Below are positions 1 to 9,445 of a stretch of 64,000 nt of DNA, in pieces. The stretch lies in IMG/VR virus record IMGVR_UViG_3300029288_004137, positions 32,001 through 96,000 of that record; one strand, 5' to 3'. The position numbers and the translations under genes were made by a program. The notes under the pieces are model-generated. The model was not told the DNA's origin and made no database searches. It saw only the letters and a list, made by a program, of their open reading frames with translations. The number at the start of each line of letters is the position of its first letter. The first letter of the stretch is position 1. The stretch comes from a virus. Lineage: Duplodnaviria > Caudoviricetes.

Positions 1-58
1 CTGGCAAGGCGCTTGGTTTGGGTCCAAGAGACTGATGGTTCGAATCCATTCACTCAGA
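1..58 (+). tRNA. tRNA-Pro(UGG), 5'-truncated by window edge
   Basis: Anticodon arm CTTGG-TTTGGGT-CCAAG; T arm GATGG-TTCGAAT-CCATT. Confidence 0.85.
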
Positions 59-93
59 CTAATAAAAGTAAATTTAATAATTAAATAAATTTT

Positions 94-166
94 GCTCTTT
101 TAGTTTAAATAGGGAGAACAATTGGGATACACCCAATAAGCAGAAGTTCAATTCTTTTAAAGAGCA
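94..166 (+). tRNA. tRNA-like gene, Val(UAC)-like with atypical anticodon loop
   Basis: Acceptor GCTCTTT/AAAGAGC; arm ATTGG-GATACAC-CCAAT (A at position 33); T loop TTCAATT. Confidence 0.6.
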
Positions 167-202
167 CTGATCCTTAATTTTATATTATAGAAAGGAGTAA
201 AA

Positions 203-856
203 ATGCATATTTGCATATCATCTCGTGAAAATGTATTAGATCTAGCTCATAAATTTATGAACACACAACCAAATTATGACATGATTCATATTATTTCTAT
301 TAAGTCGCCTGGAGACTCAAAAGTAGACTTTTCCAGCATTATTGAAAATAACACATGTGATGAATTTCCACCAACTTTAAATATTAATTATTTTTCATTT
401 GATGATGTATCATCATATGATCCATATTATGTAATGTTTAACATAGAAAATGCTGCGCATGTTATGTGTATAGCAGCACAAATTCAAGCATACACTGAAG
501 AAAGATATAAGAATACTCTTCTGTTAATTCATTGTAATCAAGGTATTAGCAGATCACCAGCGATTGCTTATTGCATTCTCAGTCTTTTAAATGAAACTGA
601 AAATGCTGATCTTATTTTTAATGATCGCAAACAATATAGTCCAAACATGCATGTTATCAACACTATTATGAGTTATGCATCTTACCATTTTGATAGTGAT
701 GATAATATGATTTATGATGCTTCGGCATCTTATGAAAAACTTCGTCGTATAGCAAAAGAAGCAGTATCATATCTTTCACTATCTGATTCTGAATTAAATG
801 AATTTAAAGAACTTAAAGAATTTGATTGGCTGGATGATAATGAGGTGCCAGAATGA
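203..856 (+). CDS. Protein-tyrosine/dual-specificity phosphatase-like protein
   Basis: HCNQGISRS matches the HCxxGxxRS motif; SD AAGGAG upstream. Confidence 0.8.
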   Translation: MHICISSRENVLDLAHKFMNTQPNYDMIHIISIKSPGDSKVDFSSIIENNTCDEFPPTLNINYFSFDDVSSYDPYYVMFNIENAAHVMCIAAQIQAYTEERYKNTLLLIHCNQGISRSPAIAYCILSLLNETENADLIFNDRKQYSPNMHVINTIMSYASYHFDSDDNMIYDASASYEKLRRIAKEAVSYLSLSDSELNEFKELKEFDWLDDNEVPE

Positions 857-1113
857 AGAAAATCTTTTTATTTGGAATATTTCTTTTATTTATTATGCTT
901 TCTTGTGGAAGTTCATTAAAAACTGTTTATTTATTTAATCGTCAAACGATGTTGCTTGATAAGCATATCGGATATGCCACATTTGTTAAATGTGGTGAAA
1001 AGGATGGATCTTGGAAAAGATGTGCTGTATGCAATTCAGAACAAACACCAAAATGCAAAGAAATATTTTATGACAACGCTCTATATGATTTATATATTGA
1101 AGATGTTGAATAA
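853..1113 (+). CDS. Putative lipoprotein
   Basis: MKK, hydrophobic stretch, then LSC lipobox-like motif. Confidence 0.55.
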   Translation: MKKIFLFGIFLLFIMLSCGSSLKTVYLFNRQTMLLDKHIGYATFVKCGEKDGSWKRCAVCNSEQTPKCKEIFYDNALYDLYIEDVE

Positions 1114-1392
1114 AGGATAATAATGAATTTTCATATAAATATTGGAGATAAAGTTTGTTGTGTTGGTTCTTTCTCAGTGTTTGGCACTGTTTATTCTTTA
1201 GGAATAAATTCAAATAAAGAACAAATTTGTATAATTCTTTGGGATGATGCACCAGAATATCCAGATGTTCAAAAAATTGAAAAGTTAGTTAAAATAATTT
1301 AATTTTTTTATTAAAAAAAAATCTTGACAAATTAAAAAAAATATGTTATTATAGGATCATAATAGAGTAAAACTTATAAAAAAGGAGTTGTT

Positions 1393-1752
1393 ATGGATTA
1401 TTCAAATGTAAATGTACGTTTTCGTTATTCGCCATGCAAAAGATTGACTCTTGCTGTACTGAGAGACGTTGAGTCTGGAACTTTCCAAATTGGTTATGCT
1501 TTTTGGAATAAAAATCATGATAATTACAACAAGAATATTGCCAGATCTGTTGCGTTTGGAAGAGCTGAAAGATTTCCTATTTATCTTGAATTTCAAGAAC
1601 TTAAAAATGGTACATATAAATCGGTTAAAGATGCTTTTTATAAGACTCTTTATGAAGACATTGATAATGTACCTCATTGGTTCTTGGAAGAAAGAGAAGC
1701 ATATCTTTCAAATGAACCTGCAACTACAATCTCTGAAGACGCTCGTAACTAG
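1393..1752 (+). CDS. Hypothetical phage protein
   Basis: TTGACA promoter at about 1324 and SD AAGGAG. Confidence 0.7.
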   Translation: MDYSNVNVRFRYSPCKRLTLAVLRDVESGTFQIGYAFWNKNHDNYNKNIARSVAFGRAERFPIYLEFQELKNGTYKSVKDAFYKTLYEDIDNVPHWFLEEREAYLSNEPATTISEDARN

Positions 1753-1763
1753 TTATACATAAA

Positions 1764-1834
1764 GCGGATATAGCACAAAGGCAGTGCGGTAGACTTCCAC
1801 TCTATTAATGAGAGTTCAATTCTCTCTATCCGCT
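1764..1834 (+). tRNA. tRNA-Gly(UCC)
   Basis: Acceptor GCGGATA/TATCCGC; anticodon loop CTTCCAC. Confidence 0.93.
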
Positions 1835-1864
1835 CAATTTAATCAACTTAACCAGGAGAATCAA

Positions 1865-2092
1865 ATGATAAGTGAAATGAAGAAGGGTGAAAGAAAAACT
1901 TTAAGTTTAGGACTTGATGTAGAAAGAAGAGAAGATGGGATGTTCATGACAAGAATTTTCCTTGAAACACCAAATGGTAATATGGCAATTAGATTCCGTC
2001 CAGGGATCGGAAAAACTGCTGAAGAAAGCGTTGTTAGTGCCTTCAGCAAGATTTCTACACCAATTATAACAGAAACAGAACCTAAAACATAA
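1865..2092 (+). CDS. Hypothetical protein (start moved downstream of tRNA-Gly)
   Basis: SD AGGAGA before ATG 1865. Confidence 0.6.
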   Translation: MISEMKKGERKTLSLGLDVERREDGMFMTRIFLETPNGNMAIRFRPGIGKTAEESVVSAFSKISTPIITETEPKT

Positions 2093-2290
2093 TTTTTATT
2101 TTGTCATTAAAAAATGAAAAAATCTTGTGATACTTGTGGATACCATTCTGTTTATATTGTCTATTCATCCCAGGTTTTCTCTGAAAGAAAAAAATACATT
2201 TATTTATGTGCTAAATGTGGAATCTTATGGGAAGATGGATTCATATTAAATGACACATATTATAAAAGCAAAAAAGATAAACAAGTTTTT

Positions 2291-2364
2291 TCGTCCGTTA
2301 TTTAATGGTAGAATGTGAGGCTTTGAACCTCAATATGTAGGTTCGATTCCTACCGGGCGAACCA
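2291..2364 (+). tRNA. tRNA-Gln(UUG) with encoded CCA
   Basis: Acceptor TCGTCCG/CGGGCGA; arm TGAGG-CTTTGAA-CCTCA. Confidence 0.93.
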
Positions 2365-3154
2365 TACAATCAACAATTTGGAGTTTAAATTATGAGCCGC
2401 TCGTCTAAAGATTTTCTTAAAAAAGAAAATCTCATGTCAATTACTGAAAAAAAGAACAAAAGAAAACTTAATAAAAATGTAAGACAAAATATAAAAAATA
2501 ATCTTAAACCATTCTTTCAAAAAGATTTAAAAACAAATGAAGAACTATCTATTGTTGATGAACTAGATGAAAGCCTTTGTGAAGAGGAAATTATAGAAAT
2601 AAATTCCATTGGAGATTAAAATGACTTATCATTGTTTGAATTGTGATTCTGTTGTAGATATCTCAATAAGAGAAGGAACATGCCCAGAATATATCTTTTG
2701 TCCAATTTGTTCATCACAAAATACTGAAGAAATTATGATGTTGTCTTCCCTTTATCCAAAAACAAATGAAAAACCTAAAGAGTACCATAAATTACATTCG
2801 TAATTTATCATAAAAATTTTTTCTTGACAAATTTTTAATTTTATGATATTATTAAGATAATAAAACAAAAGGAAAGTCTATGAATATCAATTCTATATGC
2901 GAACATATCGCAATATGTGTTAATTCAATCAATTATAATCAAAAAGTTGAAGTGTCTGTTACAGCAGATGAATTAAAAAATCTGATAACAATGGATATAA
3001 TCAATAAAAAACATTTTATTAAATTCAATAAAATACATACTGGACCTGTAAGCATACGTTTTTATGCAACAATGCTTATATCAAACTTATATGAAGATAT
3101 TATCGTTGACGGTAATGATGTTATTATTGTTGTTTCTAAATTGGATGAAAAGTA

Positions 3155-3313
3155 ATGAACACAAGATACGAACTTATTAATCTTATTAAAGAACTTAATC
3201 ATTATGGTGCCAATATTCATATTGAAAAAGATCTTAACAATAATAATCAAAAACCTATTTTAAATAAAAAAGAAGATACAGTTGAATGGATTAATAAAAT
3301 TGAACTTGATTAA
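3155..3313 (+). CDS. 52-aa internally deleted paralog of the downstream ankyrin gene
   Basis: Similar N-terminus and identical C-terminus (DLNNNNQKPILNKKEDTVEWINKIELD) to 3327..3974, with the repeats missing. Confidence 0.6.
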   Translation: MNTRYELINLIKELNHYGANIHIEKDLNNNNQKPILNKKEDTVEWINKIELD

Positions 3314-3326
3314 AAGGAAAAAAATA

Positions 3327-3974
3327 ATGAGTATTAAAGAAAAAAATATTTTCAATATGAGCACAAAATACGGACTTGTTAATCTTATTAAAGATCTTAA
3401 TGATTATGGTAACAATATTCAGTATGATCATGGTTATGCTTTACAATTGGCAGCACGACTTGGTCGTCTTGATATGGTTAAATATCTGATTGATATTGGT
3501 GCTGATATTCATGTTTTGAATGATTATGCTTTACGATGGGCAGCATCAAAAGGTTATCTTGATCTGATTAAATATCTGGTTGAAAATGGTGCTGATATTC
3601 ATACTGAAAATGATTATGCTTTACAATTGGCAGCACAACTTGGTCGTCTTGATATGATTAAATATCTGGTTGAAAATGGTGCAAATATTCATACTTATGA
3701 TGATTCTGTTTTACAATATGCAGCACTAAATGGACATCTTGATATGGTTAAATATCTGGTTGAAAATGGTGCTAATATTCATGCTGAAAATAATAAAGCT
3801 TTAAAATGGGCAGCTGAAAAAGGTCATTATGATATTGTTGAATATCTTAAAGATTTTAATAACAATAAACTTATTGAGGAAAGTAAAGAAGATCTTAACA
3901 ATAATAATCAAAAACCTATTTTAAATAAAAAAGAAGATACAGTTGAATGGATTAATAAAATTGAACTTGATTAA
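3327..3974 (+). CDS. Ankyrin-repeat protein (30-aa repeats)
   Basis: Repeated GADIH..NDYALRWAA..G.LD..KYLVE. Confidence 0.9.
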   Translation: MSIKEKNIFNMSTKYGLVNLIKDLNDYGNNIQYDHGYALQLAARLGRLDMVKYLIDIGADIHVLNDYALRWAASKGYLDLIKYLVENGADIHTENDYALQLAAQLGRLDMIKYLVENGANIHTYDDSVLQYAALNGHLDMVKYLVENGANIHAENNKALKWAAEKGHYDIVEYLKDFNNNKLIEESKEDLNNNNQKPILNKKEDTVEWINKIELD

Positions 3975-3990
3975 AAGGAAAAGAAAAGTA

Positions 3991-4413
3991 ATGAATAAAC
4001 ATACTGACATTGAAACTCAATTCAATGCTACTCTTGAATATGCAGTACGACAAAATTATTTTGATGCTGTCAAATTTCTTGTTGAAAATAATACTAATAA
4101 TTATAACTTTAATACTGCACTTTTATATGCAGCAATTTATTGTGATCTTGATGTTGTCAAATATCTGGTTGAACATGGTGCTGATATTCATTCTGATGAT
4201 GAACATATTTTGCGAATCGCAGTGAAATATGAGCGTTTTAATATTGTTAAATATTGTATTGAACAAGGTGCTAATGTTCATGTAAGGAATGATGAAACAT
4301 TACGATGGGCAAAGAAACGGGGTAATGATAAAATTATTAAATATCTTTCTATTCAAGGTGATAAATATCTTTGTAGAGAAATTGATCTTGAAGATAATCC
4401 AAAACTTAACTAA
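3991..4413 (+). CDS. Ankyrin-repeat protein
   Basis: Ankyrin repeats ([15 protein letters not shown]). Confidence 0.85.
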   Translation: MNKHTDIETQFNATLEYAVRQNYFDAVKFLVENNTNNYNFNTALLYAAIYCDLDVVKYLVEHGADIHSDDEHILRIAVKYERFNIVKYCIEQGANVHVRNDETLRWAKKRGNDKIIKYLSIQGDKYLCREIDLEDNPKLN

Positions 4414-4425
4414 AAGGAGAAAAAA

Positions 4426-4809
4426 ATGAAAATTACTAGTGCTCTTAAGACTCTTGAAAAAATGGGGTATAATGTTCGTTTTAAAGGTAATCACTATTGG
4501 GTTACTGTTGGAGACAACACTATTGATATGTTTACATCAAGTGTTGGTGAAGTTCGAGATATCCGAGCATTTAGAGTCAGAAAATCTAATGAAACTGATG
4601 ATCTAAGTGGTGCTTTTGCCGGAACATTTGAATTAAATCTCTCACAATCTTTGAAGAAACTTGGTCTTCCTGGAAATCTTTCTGAGATGAAGAAACTTCT
4701 TTCAAAAGAAACAAAAATTAATTCCGATCTTTCTGAAAAAGTTGAAGAAATAGCACCACATGCTGAATGTGCCCTCAAGGATGCTATGGATAATGGAATT
4801 GAATATTAA
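4426..4809 (+). CDS. Hypothetical protein, N-terminus similar to 6515..6892
   Basis: MKITSALKTLEKMGY vs MKFENAITKLERLGY; SD AAGGAG. Confidence 0.65.
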   Translation: MKITSALKTLEKMGYNVRFKGNHYWVTVGDNTIDMFTSSVGEVRDIRAFRVRKSNETDDLSGAFAGTFELNLSQSLKKLGLPGNLSEMKKLLSKETKINSDLSEKVEEIAPHAECALKDAMDNGIEY

Positions 4810-4841
4810 CTTCTTAAGTAAAAGAATAATAAAAGAATTTG

Positions 4842-5144
4842 ATGGAACAAATATATACAGACCATGAAATGGAACAAATGTATAAAGACTATGATCTAGG
4901 CATGGCATCATATTATAATAAGATCGAATCTGTTATACAATTAATTAATGATGGTGCTAATTATCATGTTGATAATGATTATCCCTTAAGAGTTGCATCA
5001 ATTTATGGTAATTTTGATATTGTCAAATATTTAATTCCTTTGTATAATAATAAAGAAGAATTAAAAACATTGTTTTTTAGAGTTAATAACTTTTATGTTA
5101 AATATCTAATTTTGGAAAGATTATATGAATTACAAAAATTCTAG
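4842..5144 (+). CDS. Ankyrin-repeat protein with LILERLY tail
   Basis: One to two repeats plus family C-terminal motif. Confidence 0.8.
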   Translation: MEQIYTDHEMEQMYKDYDLGMASYYNKIESVIQLINDGANYHVDNDYPLRVASIYGNFDIVKYLIPLYNNKEELKTLFFRVNNFYVKYLILERLYELQKF

Positions 5145-5667
5145 ATTTATTGAAGCAGTTAAAACTAATAATTTTCAGCAAGTTAAAGAATGTATTGAAG
5201 AAGGTATAGATATTCATGCTGACAAGGATTACGCTTTACGATATGCAGCAGAACGTGGTCACTTTGATATGGTTAAATATTTAGTTGAAAATGGTGCTGA
5301 TATTCATGCTTGTTATGATGCTGCTTTTAGATTTTCAGCGGAGAATAATCATTTAAATGTTGTCAAATATCTTGTTGAAAATGGTGCTGATATTCATAAT
5401 GATGATAATAATGTTATACGATTAGCAGCAGAATATGGATATTTCGAAATTGTTAAATATTTAATGGAAAAAGGTACTTATAATTATGCTGACAACAATT
5501 GTATTTTAGAATATGCAATAGAATTTAAACATTTTGATATTATTAGATATTTAATTCCTTTATATTCTAAATCGGAATTAAAAGAATTGTTTTTAAAAAT
5601 TAATAATTTCTGTGTCAAATGTTTGATATTGGAAAGGTTATATAATGGATCTTTTTGTTGCAATTAG
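5125..5667 (+). CDS. Ankyrin-repeat protein
   Basis: Ankyrin repeats plus LILERLY tail. Confidence 0.9.
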   Translation: MNYKNSRFIEAVKTNNFQQVKECIEEGIDIHADKDYALRYAAERGHFDMVKYLVENGADIHACYDAAFRFSAENNHLNVVKYLVENGADIHNDDNNVIRLAAEYGYFEIVKYLMEKGTYNYADNNCILEYAIEFKHFDIIRYLIPLYSKSELKELFLKINNFCVKCLILERLYNGSFCCN

Positions 5668-6070
5668 AAGAAACGATCTTCAGCAAGTTAAAGAATGTAT
5701 TAAACATGATGTTAATATTCATTATGATAAAGGTAATGCTTTACGATATGCAGTAGATAATGGTTGTTTTGAAATTGTTAAATATCTGGTTGAATATGGC
5801 ACTGATATTCATATTTGGAATGATTATCCTTTACGAATTGCAGCACTTTATGGTTATTCTGATATTGTTAAATATCTTGTTGAGCATGGTGCTGATATTC
5901 ATGCTGATAATGATTATGCTTTACGATGGGCAGCAAATAAGGGTCATTTTGATATTGTTAAATATTTAATTCCTTTGTATAATAATAAAGAAGAATTAAA
6001 AACATTGTTTTTTAGAGTTAATAACTTTTATACTAAATTCTTAATTTTAGAACAATTATATGGAACTTAA
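5645..6070 (+). CDS. Ankyrin-repeat protein
   Basis: Ankyrin repeats plus LILEQLY tail. Confidence 0.9.
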   Translation: MDLFVAIRRNDLQQVKECIKHDVNIHYDKGNALRYAVDNGCFEIVKYLVEYGTDIHIWNDYPLRIAALYGYSDIVKYLVEHGADIHADNDYALRWAANKGHFDIVKYLIPLYNNKEELKTLFFRVNNFYTKFLILEQLYGT

Positions 6071-6076
6071 TTAAAA

Positions 6077-6448
6077 ATGAAAAAACTTTTATTTTCTATA
6101 ACCAAAAAAGATTTAGAATTTGATTATTTTTCTGGTACTGGAAATGGTGGGCAAAACAGAAATAAACACCAAAAATGTGTTAGGTGCAAACATCCACCTT
6201 CTGGTGCAGTAGGAATAGGACAAAATACTAGGTCTTTAGAACAAAATAAAAGAGATGCTTTTTTAAACATGACGAACAATAAATTATTTAAAGATTGGAT
6301 GAAAATAAAAATTGCTAAGTTTACTGTATCTGTTAAAGATATCCCTATAGAAGATGTTGTAAATGAATCAATGAAAGAAGAAAACATTAAGATAGAAATC
6401 CATGATGAAGATGGTAATTGGATCGAGGTTAAAGACATAAAAAAATAA
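6077..6448 (+). CDS. Stand-alone class I release factor (GGQ) domain protein, ribosome-rescue type
   Basis: SGTGNGGQNRNK...VR..H.PSG.....Q..RS..QNK..A. Confidence 0.85.
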   Translation: MKKLLFSITKKDLEFDYFSGTGNGGQNRNKHQKCVRCKHPPSGAVGIGQNTRSLEQNKRDAFLNMTNNKLFKDWMKIKIAKFTVSVKDIPIEDVVNESMKEENIKIEIHDEDGNWIEVKDIKK

Positions 6449-6514
6449 ATCTTGACTTTTGATCCAATTTTTGATATTATAAGTATATAAAATAAAAAAT
6501 CAGAAAGGAACATT

Positions 6515-6892
6515 ATGAAATTCGAGAACGCAATAACAAAACTGGAAAGACTTGGTTATAAAACTGAAAAGAACACTTATGGTATTTATTCATTTGTAGT
6601 GAATAACCATACTATTTCTTTTTTTAAAGTTATTGGAAAAGGTACCGTAGATAAACCTACAGTAACTTATCCAATAGAATCAGACAAACAACCAAAAAGA
6701 TTCTCTTCTCTAATGGCAGCAATTAGAGAATGTGGAGGAGTTGCTACCCTTAAAGAACTCAATGAACTTCAAAAAAAGCAAAAAATTGCTTCTCTTAATA
6801 ACGTTGAAGCTCTACGAAGAAAAGCAGATAAGATAGATGAAAACAAAAAAGAAGAATTTGTTAATAAAATTCTTGAACTACGTAACTCATAA
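6515..6892 (+). CDS. Hypothetical protein
   Basis: Own TTGACT promoter at about 6452 and SD. Confidence 0.65.
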   Translation: MKFENAITKLERLGYKTEKNTYGIYSFVVNNHTISFFKVIGKGTVDKPTVTYPIESDKQPKRFSSLMAAIRECGGVATLKELNELQKKQKIASLNNVEALRRKADKIDENKKEEFVNKILELRNS

Positions 6893-6914
6893 AGTATAAA
6901 GGAGAATATAAATT

Positions 6915-8174
6915 ATGGCTGTTGGAATTACATTTAAAACTCTTGAAAAAATTGTTTTCCCAATTGTAAAGGCTAAACATCCTATCCTCATTCGTGGTAG
7001 GCATGGAATTGGTAAATCTGAAGTTGTTTATCAATTTGCAAATCAACTTTATTTTGATGAAAATGGAGAAATGCAAACCTTAATAGGACTTTCAGAAGAA
7101 AGTGCTAAAGAAAAGATATCTTCATTAAAAGAAAAAAACATCAACATAGGTTTAAAAGTTGTTGAAAGAAGAGCATCTCAAATGACAGAAGGAGATCTTA
7201 TGGGACTTCCTGTTTCAAAAGAAAATTCCACTACGTGGAATCCTCCTGATTGGTTCAAAGAAGCATGTGATTATCCGGTTGTTTTGTTTTTAGATGAAAT
7301 CGATAGAGCAGTTCTCGAAGTAAGACAAGGCATCTTTGAATTGACTGATTCAAGAAAACTTAATGGATGCAAATTACATCCTCAAACAATCATTTTCGCA
7401 GCAGTAAATGGTGGTAATCATGGAAGTATGTATCAAATTTCTGAGATGGAGCCAGCAGAACTTGATAGATGGACAACTTTTGATTTAGAGCCCAGTGTAG
7501 AAGATTGGGTAGAATGGGCAAGAAAGAAAGGAAATGTCCATAAATATATTATCGATTTCATTATCGGAAATCCTAAACGGCTTGAGTTCGATGGTGAACA
7601 TGAACCAAATAAAAAATATCCATCAAGAAGAAGTTGGGTTAGAGCTAGTTCTACATTAGTTGCATCGGATCTCTTCTCTTGGGAAGATAAAGCAAGTTTG
7701 GAACAACTTGATACAATCCTTTATATTACACAAGGATTCATTGGTACTGAAATCGGGTTTGATTTCAGAGATTATTGTGCAAATATCAAAGGTCAAGTAA
7801 CTCTTGAAGAAGTTCTTGATAAGGGTAAACTTGATAGAGTTAAAGATTGGGAGATAACTGAACACTCAACCTTTGTTGATAAAATTATCAACTCGAATCT
7901 TATTGAATCTGCGTTGACAAAAAAACAATTGAAAAATTGGGCAGAATATATCGCTATTCTACCAGCAGAAGTTGCAGTACATTTTTTCTCTGTTCTTACA
8001 ACACAAAAAACTACTTCTGAAATAGTTCAGAATAATGTTTTTAATCTCTATAGCCAAAATACTAAAGGTGAAAGAAATATAAGAACAATTATATCAAATC
8101 ACTTCGTAGATCAAATCGCTTCTAAAGAAAAATCTACCTCTGAAGGAGAAACAAATGAAAAAGAAAATGGTTGA
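6915..8174 (+). CDS. MoxR-like AAA+ ATPase
   Basis: Walker A GRHGIGKS, Walker B LFLDEIDRA, PSRRSW motif. Confidence 0.88.
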   Translation: MAVGITFKTLEKIVFPIVKAKHPILIRGRHGIGKSEVVYQFANQLYFDENGEMQTLIGLSEESAKEKISSLKEKNINIGLKVVERRASQMTEGDLMGLPVSKENSTTWNPPDWFKEACDYPVVLFLDEIDRAVLEVRQGIFELTDSRKLNGCKLHPQTIIFAAVNGGNHGSMYQISEMEPAELDRWTTFDLEPSVEDWVEWARKKGNVHKYIIDFIIGNPKRLEFDGEHEPNKKYPSRRSWVRASSTLVASDLFSWEDKASLEQLDTILYITQGFIGTEIGFDFRDYCANIKGQVTLEEVLDKGKLDRVKDWEITEHSTFVDKIINSNLIESALTKKQLKNWAEYIAILPAEVAVHFFSVLTTQKTTSEIVQNNVFNLYSQNTKGERNIRTIISNHFVDQIASKEKSTSEGETNEKENG

Positions 8175-8355
8175 AAACTATAACGATCTTCCGAAAGATT
8201 GTCCTTTGTGTAAAAAATCCCTTAAAGGACATAGAATCCCTGAATCAGTTAAAAAATTATTTGACAATGCAGAATTCTATAACACTGTATGGACACTATA
8301 TAATAATGGAGATCTTGTATATAAATGTCCTTCCTGTAATTTCATTTGGAAGTAA
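8167..8355 (+). CDS. Small zinc-ribbon protein
   Basis: CPLC...CPSC. Confidence 0.6.
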   Translation: MVENYNDLPKDCPLCKKSLKGHRIPESVKKLFDNAEFYNTVWTLYNNGDLVYKCPSCNFIWK

Positions 8356-8364
8356 AGGAGAAAA

Positions 8365-8544
8365 ATGAATAATAATTTTAATAATTTTCCTAATTTGTGC
8401 CCTTCATGTGGATATGTCTTAATAAAAGATGAAATCTCTGAATCAGATAAGAAATTACTTGATACAGTTGAATCACTATATAAAGTAGGAGATCCTGTAT
8501 ATAAATGTCCAAAATGTAAGTCCATTTGGATTATTTGGAAATAA
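8365..8544 (+). CDS. Small zinc-ribbon protein, paralog of the previous gene (59 aa, not in ORF track)
   Basis: CPSC...GDPVYKCPKC; SD AAGGAG. Confidence 0.6.
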   Translation: MNNNFNNFPNLCPSCGYVLIKDEISESDKKLLDTVESLYKVGDPVYKCPKCKSIWIIWK

Positions 8545-8549
8545 AATAA

Positions 8550-9083
8550 ATGGACTTTTTGATAAATTGGGTATGTGTGTTTTTTCTTTTCCTTTCTGAT
8601 TGGCATGGTGTATGTTATATAAATTCTAATTCAAAAATCTGTAAAAATATTGATATACCAACTATCTTTCAATATACATCAATTATATTAAAAGAAACAA
8701 ATATTTATAATGATATAAATCCATTAGTAGTAGCTGCAATAATTTGGCATGAAAGCCATTTGAATCCAAAAGCGATTGGTCCTAATAAAAAAGACATAGG
8801 ACTTATGCAAATCTCTTATATTTGGGTTAAAGAAACAAAAAATGATTTAAAAAATCCTGAAATAAATATAAAAGTTGGTATATCAATATTAAATTATTGG
8901 AAAAATGAAAGAACAAAATCACATTCAAAAAACTACTTAGCACATTATGCAGCAGGTAATTCCCCAGAAAAAAAACATTTTCTTTTTCAAAAAAAAATTA
9001 TTAATAAAGCAAAAAAATTTAATATAAAAGAACAAATTTATGTCAATGTTAACAAACTTAGAAAAAAGAACCCAAGAAATTAA
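8550..9083 (+). CDS. Lytic transglycosylase (SLT domain)
   Basis: AAIIWHES, DIGLMQI and NIKVG motifs; hydrophobic N-terminus. Confidence 0.85.
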   Translation: MDFLINWVCVFFLFLSDWHGVCYINSNSKICKNIDIPTIFQYTSIILKETNIYNDINPLVVAAIIWHESHLNPKAIGPNKKDIGLMQISYIWVKETKNDLKNPEINIKVGISILNYWKNERTKSHSKNYLAHYAAGNSPEKKHFLFQKKIINKAKKFNIKEQIYVNVNKLRKKNPRN

Positions 9084-9445
9084 TCTAGCTACAAAATTGC
9101 TTGATTGTATTTATACAAATGATACAAAAAACTTCTCAGAACTCATAGAAGACAATATAGAAATTATTAAAAAAAATCTTTATTTTGAAGTCTTTTCAAA
9201 ATGTTTAAAACTTTCATTTCTTCTTGAAAAAACAGAAATATTATATATATTTATGAAATATAATATAAAAGAATTTTTCCATAAATATCCACATCAAAAA
9301 AAAATGATTGGAGACGCTGCTTTTAAAACAAAAAATACAGAATGTATATATATTTTTTTATCTATGTTCTTTGGTTAAAAAAAAATCTTGACTTTTTCCC
9401 AAAATAATGATATTCTATTAACAGACAAACAAAAAAAGTGTAAAA

